DNA of 64,000 bases from Mytilus californianus. Taxonomy: Eukaryota. Where the stretch lies: NCBI RefSeq assembly GCF_021869535.1, contig NW_026262668.1, forward strand, positions 109,678,001 to 109,742,000, written 5' to 3'. Below the pieces are notes generated by a model. It was not told the DNA's origin. It made no database searches and saw nothing but the letters and a program-made list of their open reading frames with translations. Shown one piece after another: positions 13,597 to 26,611 of this stretch. A program made the translations under genes and the position numbers. Numbering within the stretch: the first letter of the stretch is position 1; every line of letters begins with the position of its first letter.

Positions 13597-14110
13597 TAAT
13601 TGTATGCCACCGGCTACGATTACTCGCAAAAAGTAACAATAAGAAATAGTTACTTCCGAGACTATAATCACCAAAAGGTATTTCCGGTAGTTTATTTTCT
13701 AGTAACGAAGTAAAAGATGAAAACACAGTCACAGATAAACATTGCGTATAGACAGCACATAGCATTACATGTACTTCAATAATCATAGAACACATTATAA
13801 CTGTACAAAAGTCATCAGACACCATAACCACACGTGCACTCATAAACATCATTCTCATTCCGGAGGATTACATGCTTACTCTCAAAGCAACATTCAGAAT
13901 TAAACACTTGAATGAACAACAGTTTCATATTAATACTGCCATTCATACGTCACTGACCACATTACATATTACTGCTATCTCTAATTGTACCTAAAGCGCA
14001 TTAAATATGTAGTCATCTGTAAAAATTGAAATATAATTCTTTTAAATGGTTCAATGAATCCTATTTATATTTTCCCAGAACTTTTTTACTAGACAAAGTA
14101 ATAGTTTAAA

Positions 14111-14813
14111 GGCAGTGGCTATTTTGCCGGCGCCGCCAAAATTGAAAATATTCTATTTTGCCAACTCTCGGTAAGCGGAAGCCAGCATGTCAGTAAAAAA
14201 ATTTTGATTACAGATATGCAATTCAAAACTGACTATTATTTCAAAACTAAATTTAATTGAAACATTTTTATATTTTGAAGCTATGTGATTGATTTTTTTT
14301 AGACTGTATAGCGTTTTTATCAAATCGATATGCTATGAGATTTTGTCTTTCATTTTTTTTTACAGCATAGTTCAAAAATTTGAGATTTTATTCTTATGCA
14401 TACATGTAGCATTAGACTGATTTTAGAAGTAATTTCAACTACATGTTTTGATATGATTTCATTGCTACAAATGGATGCTCAATAGTTTTTATTTTAATTC
14501 CTTTTTACAAATTCTTATATTCACTTGGACTCATAGATATTTTAAACGATTATATGTATCTTAAATATTGTGACATTTATAATATTCAACTATATGACGA
14601 ATAATAATTTGATTCTTTTATGTTGACAATGCACATTTTCGTAGTCTTTTTCACAAGTAAATATTAAAATTCAGTCTCTACAAAGAACCGGCAAAATAAC
14701 AAATTCACTATACTGCCGGCGCTATTTTGCTTGTTTTAATTAAGATATTTTAAACAAAGACGACAAAATAGCATATTTTCTATTTTGCAGGCGGCGGCAA
14801 AATAGCCACTGCC
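14111..14813. mobile_element. 703-bp MITE with 9-bp TSD (Mutator-like)
   Basis: TIR GGCAGTGGCTATTTTGCCG / CGGCAAAATAGCCACTGCC; TAGTTTAAA duplicated at 14102-14110 and 14814-14822. Confidence 0.85.
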
Positions 14814-14990
14814 TAGTTTAAAAACCTCAAAAATTTGACAGAATACTCATTCTCAGTTGTCCATTGTGGACGATTTCATTTAGCGATTTAGCTATATTCA
14901 ATTAAATCTATCCGACTTTTGCATGTTTCTATCAATTACGTTTTAAAAAAACGAATACTTTTATTATTTTATGATTCGTGTTCTCGTTAA

Positions 14991-15685
14991 AGGGGCATTA
15001 GATACGAGATATAGGAAAAAAAAAGATTTTTTTTTTGTTCAATCATTAATGAAAGTGAAATAGTGAAATAATAATTCGCTTTTAACAGCCAGTTTGGTTG
15101 AGTTTTGTCAAAATAAGCAAAGAAATATCGCTAATGAGTTATTCACTTGCAAGTGGATAATTCGACCTCATTAAATCTGTATTCATGTGAAGTTCAATTT
15201 AACCCCTTAGCTAGAGATGGGTTACGCATGAACTAGGCGTGTTCAGGTATTAAAAGAAAAAGAATGTCAACAATGGAAGTGAAACAAGTGTAAACCATTT
15301 GGTTGACTGATTCGATATACAAAAACTCATTCTTATACACTTCAGGTAAAAACGATTATTAACATATTGATTTAACCTATAATATCAAATCAAACAGACC
15401 TAGAAAAATCCAATTGCACGAGTTTGCTATCTATTTATATATTTGTTTATGTTTATATCGGGTAAGATGACCGTCGGCAGTCTTCAGAAGGTCGCATCGA
15501 TGGTTGATTAGATGGCGTCTAGACTAAAATACACACGAAATGCTGATACATACTATCGAGTCTATGCATCATAAATTGTTTATTTTATTTTTTTTTTAAT
15601 TTGGATATACGTTGTAGTATGTTATAAGTCGAATATGAGAATTTGAGTCAAATCGGTAAACATGAATTTGACAGCTAATGTCCCT
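14991..15685. mobile_element. 695-bp MITE with TTAA TSD (Kolobok/T2-like)
   Basis: TTAA|AGGGGCATTAG ... CTAATGTCCCT|TTAA; the 11-bp TIR has one mismatch. Confidence 0.7.
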
Positions 15686-18185
15686 TTAAGTTTTAAACTG
15701 AAATTTTTTTTTAAGGTTTTCACAATTGTCAATTTATTCTTTATCTAGTAATCGTAACTAGTCTTGCTCGTGGTTAAAGTGTTCCGGTATTCTGTATACA
15801 ACTATCATTCTTATCTCGAAAAAAGCTCGAGTGTACTTTGTTATTATTTTTATTATCATTTGGTCAAATCAAACAGATTCATGCCTCAATCCGTATGAAA
15901 AAAAGAAGATGTGATATTATTGCAAAGAAGACAACTTTCAACCAGATACTGAATGACGTGCATGGATTCATTTTAAAACTAATAGAAATCCATGAATATC
16001 AGTTTTTTTATTTGGCGTTGATTGTAACGCTATAAGTGTATGTAAGCTGCGTCCATTTAAGTAATGTATTATCTATAACTATAATTAACATACAAGATCA
16101 ATTATTTTCGTCTATATATAATAAGAGATGTGGTATGATTGCCAATGAGACAACTCTCCACAATGTTTGCTTTCTTTAAAGTGAAATGAAATGTGAACTA
16201 TTTCTCATGGATATGTTATATTAACCTGTGAAAATGTTTTAAGAGTTTTCAAAAAGTTTGCTTAGTTGCAAAAAGTACGATATAAACATATAGGTTTCAA
16301 AAAGACGAGCAAGAGGAATACTGCAATAAACGTCAATGTGACAGCTACCTAACAATGATGAAATTAGTATTATATTCTTCAACTACACTCTGCTCACTGT
16401 CACTTTCGTCCATGGCATGTGAGATAAATGCTGCATCTTTAAGAGAAGCTCCTCAATTCTGGACTCCATGTGTGATGTCCAGATAATGTCTTGTATACCC
16501 TAGATACCAGAGTCTATAGGCAATGTGCGCAAATTAACATGTTTTCGTCCGGAATATGCATCTAACTTGCCACTGGACATTAAACAGTCATCCATCATCA
16601 TGAGACAAACAACTAGTAAAATGTTGTGTTTCTTTGATATTCATATTTTTTTTTCTTTTTTCCCAAAAAGTGAAATAATAGACGCGTAAATATCTTCTCT
16701 AAAGATTTTAATATCTTTAATCATTTATTTAATTATGTTTAAAGTCATTATTGTACTGTAACTTTGGAGAGATATGATTGAAAGTTGTTTGACGAACGTC
16801 CAGTGGCAAATACTTCGTTGCATTTTTATGACGGAGAGCAATTTAGAGAATCTTTTTCAAACAGGAATCAAGAAATTGCATGTGTTGTCATTGAACATAA
16901 GAGAAAATTCTCCAAAAAAGGGGGGGGGGATAAAGAATCATAAGACCAATAAAATCATACAACACCATGAACATATAGAGGCGACAAAAAAAAAACAGCA
17001 ATAAAAAAATATAAAAACAGGTAACTACAGATTGAACACGAACTTCGGGCTACCACAAGAAACGACAATCAGAAATATAAATATATCTCATAGATAATTT
17101 TTTCATAGTAAGCAGCCATTTTTGTTGGTCGCTTGTTACATAGTCTCACTTAAATTTAAAAGAGACCACCAAAAAGGGACCAAATAAACAATTGCTACTT
17201 GTATGCATTCTGATCAATTATGCACGCTATCCCGCGTGCATATCAGATATTTATTTGAATGTATCCAAGCTATATGATTGTGTCGGATAGTTTTGTTTCA
17301 TCTTTATTTCAGTTTTCATTGAAAACAAATATTTTTTCTGGTTGAATGTCACGGACAGTATACACCATGCCCTCTCATGGCGTCGTAATTTTTATTTTAA
17401 TTAAAGAAATAATAAAGAGCTTATTTAACCACTGTGCAATATGATATCAAAATTCTCACGTGGTTTCTTCTTATGTCCTACGATTTTCTATGTATGTTAT
17501 TGTTCATAGTTCTGTTACCTATTTACACCATCCGTAGCAATTATTTAAAATGTTAACTTGGCATGCCATATACATGATAGAAAATGCGGACGTGAAAGAA
17601 AGCACTTCATCAACATGAGATTACATTCCGTATAGGTTACATTACGACGATTTTGTCTTTAAAAAACAAAATACGTGTATCTAAAAGGAAATTTGTATTA
17701 ATTTTTATGTTGACACCCATATCGATCTGCTGGATGTAGAATTTTACGGAAAAAAAACTACGGCTCTATTTTGAAACTGTCATAATTTTGTTTGCATAGC
17801 ACAGACCGGGCGACCGGGCTAACTATTACAAAATAACGTTGAAATGAACTTTAAAATAATTTGCAAATTATTAATTTTTATTTCCAAAAAATTGTCTTGT
17901 TTTCTAATAAAAAAACAGTAATTAGGGCGTATCTATCCGTGTTTAAAAACCTCGCCGGATCGGCGGTTAACGATGCTTCGCTAAAAACAAATTTAAAGAC
18001 TTGTTTTTCCATTTTCTTCTTTTTTGTTTGTCATAAATAAGAAATTAATAAATCATAGAAATTATTCTATTTAAAGCAATTGTACAAGTTCTTGGTACAG
18101 TTATTTCGTCACAGAATCTATCGTACCTCGGAAATGGCGGCGTTGAATCAGGATTTGCTTCTTAGCAAAAGTTAAATTTTCGATG

Positions 18186-18286
18186 TGGCCACAGGCCTCG
18201 ACCACGCTAAATATTGTTGCAAACTGAGTCAAAGTGTCAAACAATCAAAATAAGAGTAAAATTACTTTGGTCGAGGCCTGTGGCCA
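18186..18286. repeat. Perfect 19-bp inverted repeat with 63-bp spacer
   Basis: TGGCCACAGGCCTCGACCA (18186-18204) and TGGTCGAGGCCTGTGGCCA (18268-18286). Confidence 0.95.
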
Positions 18287-18469
18287 ATGCGAAATTTAAC
18301 CAGGAAGTGTGAAATTCTTTAAGAATTTGGACATTTTGAGCGTTTCGGTTTGATTTCGGGTATTACGTCACATTAATGACGTCACAAAAATATGATTTTA
18401 TACTATGATAACAAATAACGATATACGTAGATATGTTTTAGCTATAAAGGATCCACCTTATTTCTCTTT

Positions 18470-21006
18470 CATTTTTTGTCACCCCACAGGGCCAATATCG
18501 GCACTTCGTGGCCATACTCCTTTGATTGTGACAATCTATCAAAAGTATCATATAAATGTGTTAAATGCTCTTCCCAGCTTTCACTACATACAATAAGATC
18601 ATCTATATAAGCATAACAGTAGTATAAATCTTTTATAACATTATTCATCATTCTTTGGAATGTAGCTGGAGCACTTTTCATACTAAACGGCATGACAGTA
18701 TACTGAAATAAGCCGTCTGGTGTTACAAAAGCTGATATTTCACTAGCTTTCTGTGTCTAAGGTGCCTGCCAGTAATCTTTTAATAAATCAAATTTGATCA
18801 CAAATTTTGCTTGCTCAATATTATCAATGCAATCGTCTATCCTTGGAATCGAATAGGAATCAGATTTTGAAACTGAATTTACTTTTCTGAAATCAGTCAC
18901 GAAACGAAAGGTTTTATCATCAGGCTTGGGCACACGGAGACAAGGCCGGAGAGCTCCATTCACTGTTACTCGGCTCAATGATATCATTGTCAAGCATATA
19001 TTTAATTTCTTGTCTCATAAATTCAAGTTTAAGTGAATTGAGCCGGTAAGGATGTTGCTTAATTGGAGATGCATCGCCTACATCGACATCATGACAAACA
19101 GCAGTGGTTTTGTTTGGCACAACTGGAAAAAGATTTTTAAAGGAAAATACCAAAGTTTTCAATCTAACTGTTTGCTCCATAGTCTTAGAATCAAAAGGTG
19201 GTTCAATTATATCTGGTTTGTCATGATCGTTCTCCAATTTAACCATGGCTAAAGTGGCAACTGTTTTGCTCTCATCTTCATAAGTACGCTCAAAATGTTG
19301 TTTTAACATATTAATGTGACACACTCTATTTTGTTTACGCCGACCTGGAGTTTTTACAATATAATTCAAATCATTGATTTTACTCTCTATTGTATAAGGA
19401 CCACAGTATTTAGCCTGTAAAGGATATCCAGTGACTGGCAAAAATATAAGTACCTTATCACTAGGCTCAAAAACTCTGTCCCTGGCATCTTTATCATACC
19501 ATATTTTCATCTTATTCTGAACAGGTTTCAATTTTTTCTGAACAATTTGACAAGCATTATGCAATTTTTCTTTAAATCTAGATACATAGTATAGAAGATT
19601 CAAGTCAGTGTGTTCAGTAGGCCATTTTTCCTTCACCAATTTCAAAGGTCCCCTTACAGTATGACCAAACACCAACTCAAAGGGACTAAAACTAAGGGAT
19701 TCTTGAACAGCCTCTCGGACCGCAAAAAGTAGAAAGCGAACACCATCATCCCTGTCCCTGTCAAAATGAACACACAAAATTATAATCATGTTCTTCAATT
19801 TTTGATGAAAACGTTCTAAGGCACCTTGAGATTCTGGATGATAAGCACTTGACCTATACTGAACAATCCCTAACTGGTAAACGACCTGTTGAAATAAACC
19901 TGACATAAAATTGGAACCCTGGTCGGACTGAATAGACTTCGGAAGTCCTACTAGCGTGAAGAATTTAATAAGAGCTTTGACAACAGTTGGTGTCTTGATA
20001 TTCCTTAACGTAATAGCCTCAGGAAAGCGAGTGGATGTACACATGATCGTCAATAAATACGCATTTCCAGCCTTGGTCTTCGGTAAAGGTCCAACGCACT
20101 CTGCTGAAAGGTTCTTCAAAGGCTGGAATTGGCAAAAGTGGTGCATGTGGTATTTTCTGGTTAGGCTTACCAACAACTTGGCATGTTTAGCATGATTTGC
20201 AGTATTCTGTGACATTATTTCTAAGTCTAGGCCAGTAGAAATGCTGCAAGATCTTAAATCAAGTCTTCCTTATACCTAAGTGTCCAGCCAAGGGGGTGTC
20301 ATGGGCTAGACCAATAATTTCTTGCCTATAGATTTTAGGCACCACCACTTGGTATACCACTCTCCATTCCTCCTCTGGGATAGCATCAGGTGGCCTCCAC
20401 TTCCTCATTAAAATGCCGTCTTGATGATAATAACATTCGGCCACGTTGTCTGCTTCCTCCTGTGGTTGAGCCCTCTTGCGGAGCTGAAGAACCTCATAAT
20501 CTTTATGTTGCTCTTCTGCAAACTTTCTTATGTCTAATGAATGGCTGTTCACGTCTGGCCATGGCATAATTACATGCTTGTTAGTATAAGGTGGTCTTAT
20601 TATGGCCTTTTTTGAGCCACAGGAACCGTCAATGTCGGCAAGGAAAGTGTCAGAAAGGTCCATGTAATCAAACTGGTCTTCTTGTAAATCCTCATTTTGT
20701 TGTTTTTCTAGCCATCGCCCTAGTAACAACACAATCTGGATACAGGTCAGCATCATCTTCAGGTGACTTAACATCCATCATTGGTTCACTGGTAACAATT
20801 GGTTCAGCCACCACTTTGTTTCTAGCTAGATCATTTCCTAGCAATAATGAAACACCCTCAACAGGGAGATTAGGACGAACACCCACAACAACTGGTCCAG
20901 TAATTAAATCTGACTTCAAATAAATACGATGGAGGGGAAAATCTATACAACTTAACTCCACACCTTGTAACAAAACGGAGGCACCAACGGAAGTCTCCTC
21001 GGACAA
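18470..21006 (-). mobile_element. Gmr1-like Ty3/Gypsy retrotransposon remnant (PR-IN-RT order), truncated at both ends
   Basis: Protease C-half LLLGNDL (20692-21006); IN zinc finger AHDTPLAGHLG; IN core VGPLP..SDQGSNF..ERFH..GPY; then the RT start PIKQHPYR..SEWSSP in the same 431-aa ORF; RT motifs FDLLKDYWQ, MPF..APATFQR, YIDD. Confidence 0.9.
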
Positions 21007-23689
21007 AATATATATGTCCGATCCTTTGTCTTTTCTTTATCCGGAATTCTTTTCTTAACTGTACGGAATATATCCAATTTAGTATGATGTAGTTAACGTA
21101 AATAAAACTGTCAATGTAACAACTCCAGAGAACTTCTGAGAATCCAAGTAAATTAATGTCTGATCCGTCCAATTTCGGTTTCGGTATATATAGCTATTAC
21201 GGAAACCTCTTGAATATTGTAGAAGGGAAACTCCTAGAAAACTCTAGAACAGAAACTTCTAGAATACAGTAGAAGTTAAAATTACACATCGTAGATTATG
21301 ATCATTCTGGAATCATTATGCAAGTCAAATAAAAAGTTCTAATCATTCCATCAGTATCTATGATTGTTCCAGTGATTTCTAAACTGCACAGTTATAACAT
21401 TATTTTGTAAACAACTATAAAGCCACACAAAACAAACAAATTAGATCAAGATAAATAAACATAATAATTACAATATCATAATACAATGTCATCTGGTAGT
21501 TTAATAATAGCTATTATTGTTAGTTTAATCAAGGATTTTTATAGTAATGTATCTTGGTGTAATAGTCCCAGATTATTGTCAATGTTTTACATCACAATTT
21601 AATTGTGTTGATTGCTCGCAAATCAAACAAGTTTTTGTTTTAGATCAATGCATGTCTGAATAAATTTTGCGGGTAACAATAAAAAATGAGATTATTGTTA
21701 CCTTTAATTCCCACATGAAATCGGGTCCCTGTTGGCAATTAGTCTCGGAAGTAACAAAAATTATTTATTATTGTTACCTTTTGCGGATAATCGTAGCCAG
21801 TATCTTATTGTATTTTGAAATCTGAGGAGCTAGCCAGGAAGGAAGTATTCTATTATTTTATTTTGCTCTTAATTGTTGCACTGACTGTTGCATGGTGTTT
21901 TATTTCTCATTTCAAGACTTGATAGATAAAATAAAAACAACACTTCATACAATTCATGAATTTCAAGCGCTTTTCTGGATTTGCTTTCATTGGGGACGCT
22001 CAAAGCCGAATATTTAAAACCAAAGATGTATGAATATCGAAACGGTTGACGAGCTATATGACCAAAAAGACCTAGAGTTAATAGCCAAATCCATCTATTT
22101 TTTTCCTTTCTTCTTCTTTTGTGCCACTAAATTTTTCTGTCCAATTTATACAGATGTTGACATAATATGTAATGTATGCATGCTCTATATTGCATTGTTG
22201 AATATGTTGAATGGAGAAGACTTCATAAGTCTGTTTGACTTGTTTCTCATCCAATTTGTGTTTATGCAAATAAAATACAGAATGTGGCGGGGTTAAACAT
22301 GTTTTCTGGCGTAACCCCACCCCTTAACCTGGATCAGTGATGTAACAGTACGGAATAACTACTGTAAAAATCAGTCGAAAAGGGCAAAACTGTACAGATC
22401 TATACAAATCACATATAAAACCTAACAAAAACACAAAAGACACAAAATACAGATCTGAGAGTACTCGCAGTTACTGGAAGCTAGTTCAAAGTCAATAACT
22501 ACTAATAAAGAATCATGTATCTGAAACTGAAATAGAGCCATAATATACAAATAATAGCAAAGATATGCTAATATCGGTCTGTCGTTTAAAGATTTATGTC
22601 ATTTGGTTCAAGTATTATGAAGATAATATTTGAAAAAAAAACGAAAAAAGACGACGAATGACATGTGATCTTACATAGTGAGGAAATACCAGTCAACCAA
22701 TTCGTCAGTAAGTTGAAATGGATACACCTCAATTGCAAAATATAACTTTAGACTAGGAACGAGGGATTCACGTCAACGTGATAAGGGTATGTAGACTATA
22801 TAAATATATATACTTTATATATTGTAAAATTTCAGTTAGATACAAGATCGATTTTTGTGGAGAAATAGTTGTATTTCTATATGATATTATTATCATTCTT
22901 TACGAGTCATGTGTTTGAATCTCACTTTGGTATCTCCCGCCACTCTTTTTAAGACCTCTTTTATCAGTTATTGCAAAAACTGAAGAATTGTATAATTATA
23001 ATCCTGTTTGTTTCTTTTTAATAAAGATATTGTCTTGTTTAGTTCAATAATGTAAACAAAAACTAATAAAATTAATTTTAAAGAGATAAACAATCAAAAT
23101 CAACGAATATAACAGAGTCACTTACAGTTCATACTGCAAACAAGTATGTGGCGGCATTTGTTGACTCACCTCGTTAATACGTGTTTTTAAGCCATTTTAA
23201 AAAAATCTCGGGGAATCCGAAATATTAGACGATACGAACTATAAAGAACTACCGTAGACAAAGTTTCCACCGTAACACTACTTTACAACACTTTAGACAC
23301 AAATCTGAACAGGAAATTTAAATCTGATGAATCGCTCTCACCCCATATGGAATTTACTGACCCCATGTATACCGTATTAGGTCACTAGCACACTATGTAA
23401 CTAATAATATTATGTCATGTTAATGTATAATTATATTCATTATAGAATACAAAATAGAATTTAAAAATTAACAATGCATCATTCATTTATGTTATTTTTA
23501 ATGAACATGGAAAAATTAACTACTTATCTTAAACAGTAAGATGTAAGGTAAGCCAGACGTGGGATGTGGGCTTGAATTTGCGGTGAACTGTTCCTTTGTT
23601 TCGGGTTTTATTAAGTGGCGACTGTAAGCATTTATGTCATCAAATTATACATCACACCAAAGTGTTACACGATTTTTAACATACTCTCG

Positions 23690-24235
23690 CAACTTGTCGG
23701 TTTATAAATTTATAAATTATTAAGAAATTAAGGTTCCAAATCCCTCGAGTGAAGTTGACCTAAGATGGATTTGGCTATCATTATTAGGTTCTATTTGGCC
23801 ATATGGGTCTTCACGTATTTCGGTACCTAAATATCCTTCGCTTTCAAATAATCAGTTTTGAGCGTTCCTGATGTAGAAAGATCCAGAAAAGTGTTATTTC
23901 CAATGTTTTTTATAACGCTGGGTTGATACCTCTGCTGGTGGACTTATAGTCCCCTAGGGTATCATCAGATCAGTAGTCAGTATGTTGGTACTTACATGAT
24001 TTATATCATTCCTTTCTTAAATGATCCTTTTCTAAATTTCTAAATGATTAAGAAACTATAGTAGGTTTCAACTCGCTCAGGCAAAGTTGCCCTTAGATGG
24101 ATTTGACTCTTATCTCTAGGTTTCTTTTGGTCATATAGCTCTTCGCATGTTTCGGTACTTAAACATCCTTGGCTATCAAATATTTGGCTGTGAGCGTTCC
24201 TGGTGTAGTTTTATTTAATAAAAGCGCTTCAAACA
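23690..24235 (+). mobile_element. Two tandem units (about 330 bp each) of a retrozyme-like repeat with decayed hammerheads
   Basis: Units repeat ttta/ctaaattt..attaagaaa..tagatggatttg..tttcggtac.taaa.atcctt..gagcgttcctg. Hammerhead remnants near 23865-23895 and 24192-24225. Related copies at 10230-10525 (-), 26430-26611 (+), 29880-30220 (-) and 49200-49402 (+). Confidence 0.6.
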
Positions 24236-25357
24236 CATAAAGTTTATCAAATGTCGCATTATTTCTTAATTTTATAGGTGTTTGCTCTGAAATGTTTGTA
24301 TGCTAAACATAGGGTATATTTACTTTAAAAATATTGTTTATGTTTCATATATCATTTAAGATAAAAATCGGTTTGTGATGAAATGTTGTTGAAGATATCA
24401 AATTGTCTATGATAATACCTGTATCACAATACGCTGCATCTAGGTTTACATTAACCAGACTCGTTAAAATTCAGTGATCGTTCTGTAGTGTTATTATTTC
24501 CAAACAAAGCACATTTTTTGTGTGTGTCTCTTTATGGTGTATCACGATATATATGAACACAATTGCTTATTTATCATGCTGTATCTGGTGTCAAGCTGTT
24601 ATAATAATTCATATTATACAACCAGCTCAAATTCTGTTAATCCGATACCATCTTTAAGAAAATAAACAGACCAAAACATACAAAATAAAAAAAAATATAA
24701 AAAAACAGCTTAAAAAATGATAACCAAATATATATTAATGATGTAAAAAGGGAAGATAATCTGCATACACATAAAAACCTAACACAACATAATAACCGAA
24801 TGAAAAAATAAAATAAATATTCTGGTGCAATCGTAATATTTAGTCCAAGATAAATTGTGATGGCCCTTCTTCCGTCCGTTAAACATTTGGTTTCCGGATG
24901 ATAATTATAGTAAGCGCCACATCACAAAATTATTTAAAATTTCGAAAGAATGTCATGATTTATAAGATACAGGTCAAGTTCGATTTTGACAGCTTTGGCA
25001 TTTACCGTTCGAGAGCTTTCCCCTTAACTATCTTATAAAAATCGCCGGAATATGACTCTAAAGTACGACTTTTCAGAATCATTTAAAAGATTTTAACACA
25101 ATGTCATGATCACTAAAATACAAGCTAATCTTCATTTTGACGGTTTCGACATTTTTTTTTGCCATTTTATATTTTTAAACAGAAGACATTTTTTTATCTT
25201 GATCCGATATGCTGAGTGTTGGGGTAACCGTCAGAGCAAGATCACATTATTCTAGTTTCGATGTTTGCACTTTGACCTAAAAGAAACTACACGAAAAGAT
25301 AAGATAAGATAATTAGTATTTTAGACTCAAAAGGTATATATATATATATCTACATAA

Positions 25358-26228
25358 AGTGCCTAGAAAATCAACCTAACAATGTTAGAGTAGATCTGAT
25401 TATTTACTTCCTCCCCAACTGGGGCTGGAACCTGTACTTTTCACTTCTCTCAATATATATATATATATATTATATAATTATTTCTGTGACTGCATCCTTC
25501 ATTAATTTGTAAGATTCTACGATAGATAATTCAGCTGATCTGTAATATTCCATCTTCATGCCTTATATATCATGTACTGTGTTACGACGCTAGATAAAAA
25601 CTGACGAGTAAAGGTAACACCAGGCCACTGAAAGCTTGAATTTTGTCGAGCCTAGGTGGTCGAGTGGTCTAGCGCGTCGGGCATAGTGCAAGGCGATTTG
25701 GTGCCACGATATCTCAGTAGCATGAGTTCGAATACCGGCCAGGGAAGAACAAAAAATTTGCGGATAATATTTTTGGGCTGTTAAACAATGTTGAAGAATA
25801 CAATAAATCACTTCTGAGAAACCAAATGATTTTCATATATTTTTAAAGAGATTTAAGAAACGAAAATACACAAAGAATCCTACAGAAGAAGAATTAGATG
25901 GAAAATCTTTAATTTTAAGATCCAAACATTCAAATAAACATAATGAAGGTAGTGAATTATAGTTAAACTAGTCTTCGTATTTGAATATAAAAGATAAGAC
26001 CATGCATGCCATTGTTAAAATTTGGTAGATTGAGTTATATCTAATTTTTAATTACAATTAATATTGTAAATATGTTAACAATGTATCCTGTTCATACAGA
26101 ACATTTTGTGTCATGCATATATATTTATATATAAGTGAGAAGTTAAAAGTACAGGTTGCAGACCCGGTCGGGAAGGAAGTAAATAACCAGATCTACTCTA
26201 ACATTGTTAGGTTGATATTCTAGGCACT
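25358..26228. repeat. Pair of ~90-bp inverted repeats (25358-25448 and 26137-26228) flanked by (TA)n runs
   Basis: agtgcctagaaaatcaacctaacaatgttagagtagatctg..aacctgtactttt.acttctc is the reverse complement of the second arm, with scattered mismatches. Confidence 0.85.
25650..25761 (+). mobile_element. tRNA-derived SINE head (truncated)
   Basis: Pol III A box TGGTCGAGTGG (25657-25667) and B box GAGTTCGAATACC (25724-25736). No intact cloverleaf. Confidence 0.7.
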
Positions 26229-26569
26229 GTTATCGGAAAATAAAAAGTCGTGCAGAGACCAATAAAAAGTAAGTGACAGACTTCTGCAACAACATACAGT
26301 GAATAAACTGAGAAAGCGAGAACAATAGAAACGTAACTCTTCTGATGATAAAGGTATCCAAATCATTAGCTTGTTTATGTCGGCAGCCATACTTATTAAA
26401 AAATTATTTAGAAACCACAATCGTACATTTTGGGTCGATACCTCTCAGTCCCCAAGGGTCTCATCAGGTCAGTAGTCAGTACTGCGGTATTGACATGATT
26501 TATAACAAACCTAGCTCTTTGACTGTTTCGATTCTTATACATTCTTGGCTTTCAAATATTCGGCTTTGA

Positions 26570-26611
26570 GTGTTCCTGATGAAGGTAAATCCAGAAGAGC
26601 GCTTCAGACGC
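26570..26611 (+). ncRNA. Hammerhead-like ribozyme (type I minimal variant) with mutated GAAA
   Basis: gtgttc-CTGATGA-aGGtaaatCCa-GAAG-aGCGCt-TC-agacgc. CUGAUGA is intact, loop III is palindromic and stem I pairs 5/6, but GAAA reads GAAG. Confidence 0.55.

Noticed and set aside
13370-13636. ORF with poly-Trp/Cys-Val/Gly runs
   Set aside because: Translation of the compound microsatellite.
13692-13946. Cys-rich minus-strand frame with three in-frame TGA codons (MNGSINMKLL...ECTCGYGV**...DY*STC...), a possible selenoprotein
   Set aside because: The TGAs are not in recognisable motifs, I see no SECIS downstream, and the adjacent sequence is a dispersed repeat (similar to 21740-21810).
21060-21400. 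Possible solo LTR (AATAAA, ends in ...TATAACA) beside the Gmr1-like element
   Set aside because: No TSD, no second copy, no PBS or PPT, and its orientation is opposite to the Gypsy ORFs.
25650-25761. Possible tRNA gene
   Set aside because: A and B boxes are present, but there is no acceptor or anticodon stem; it fits a SINE head.
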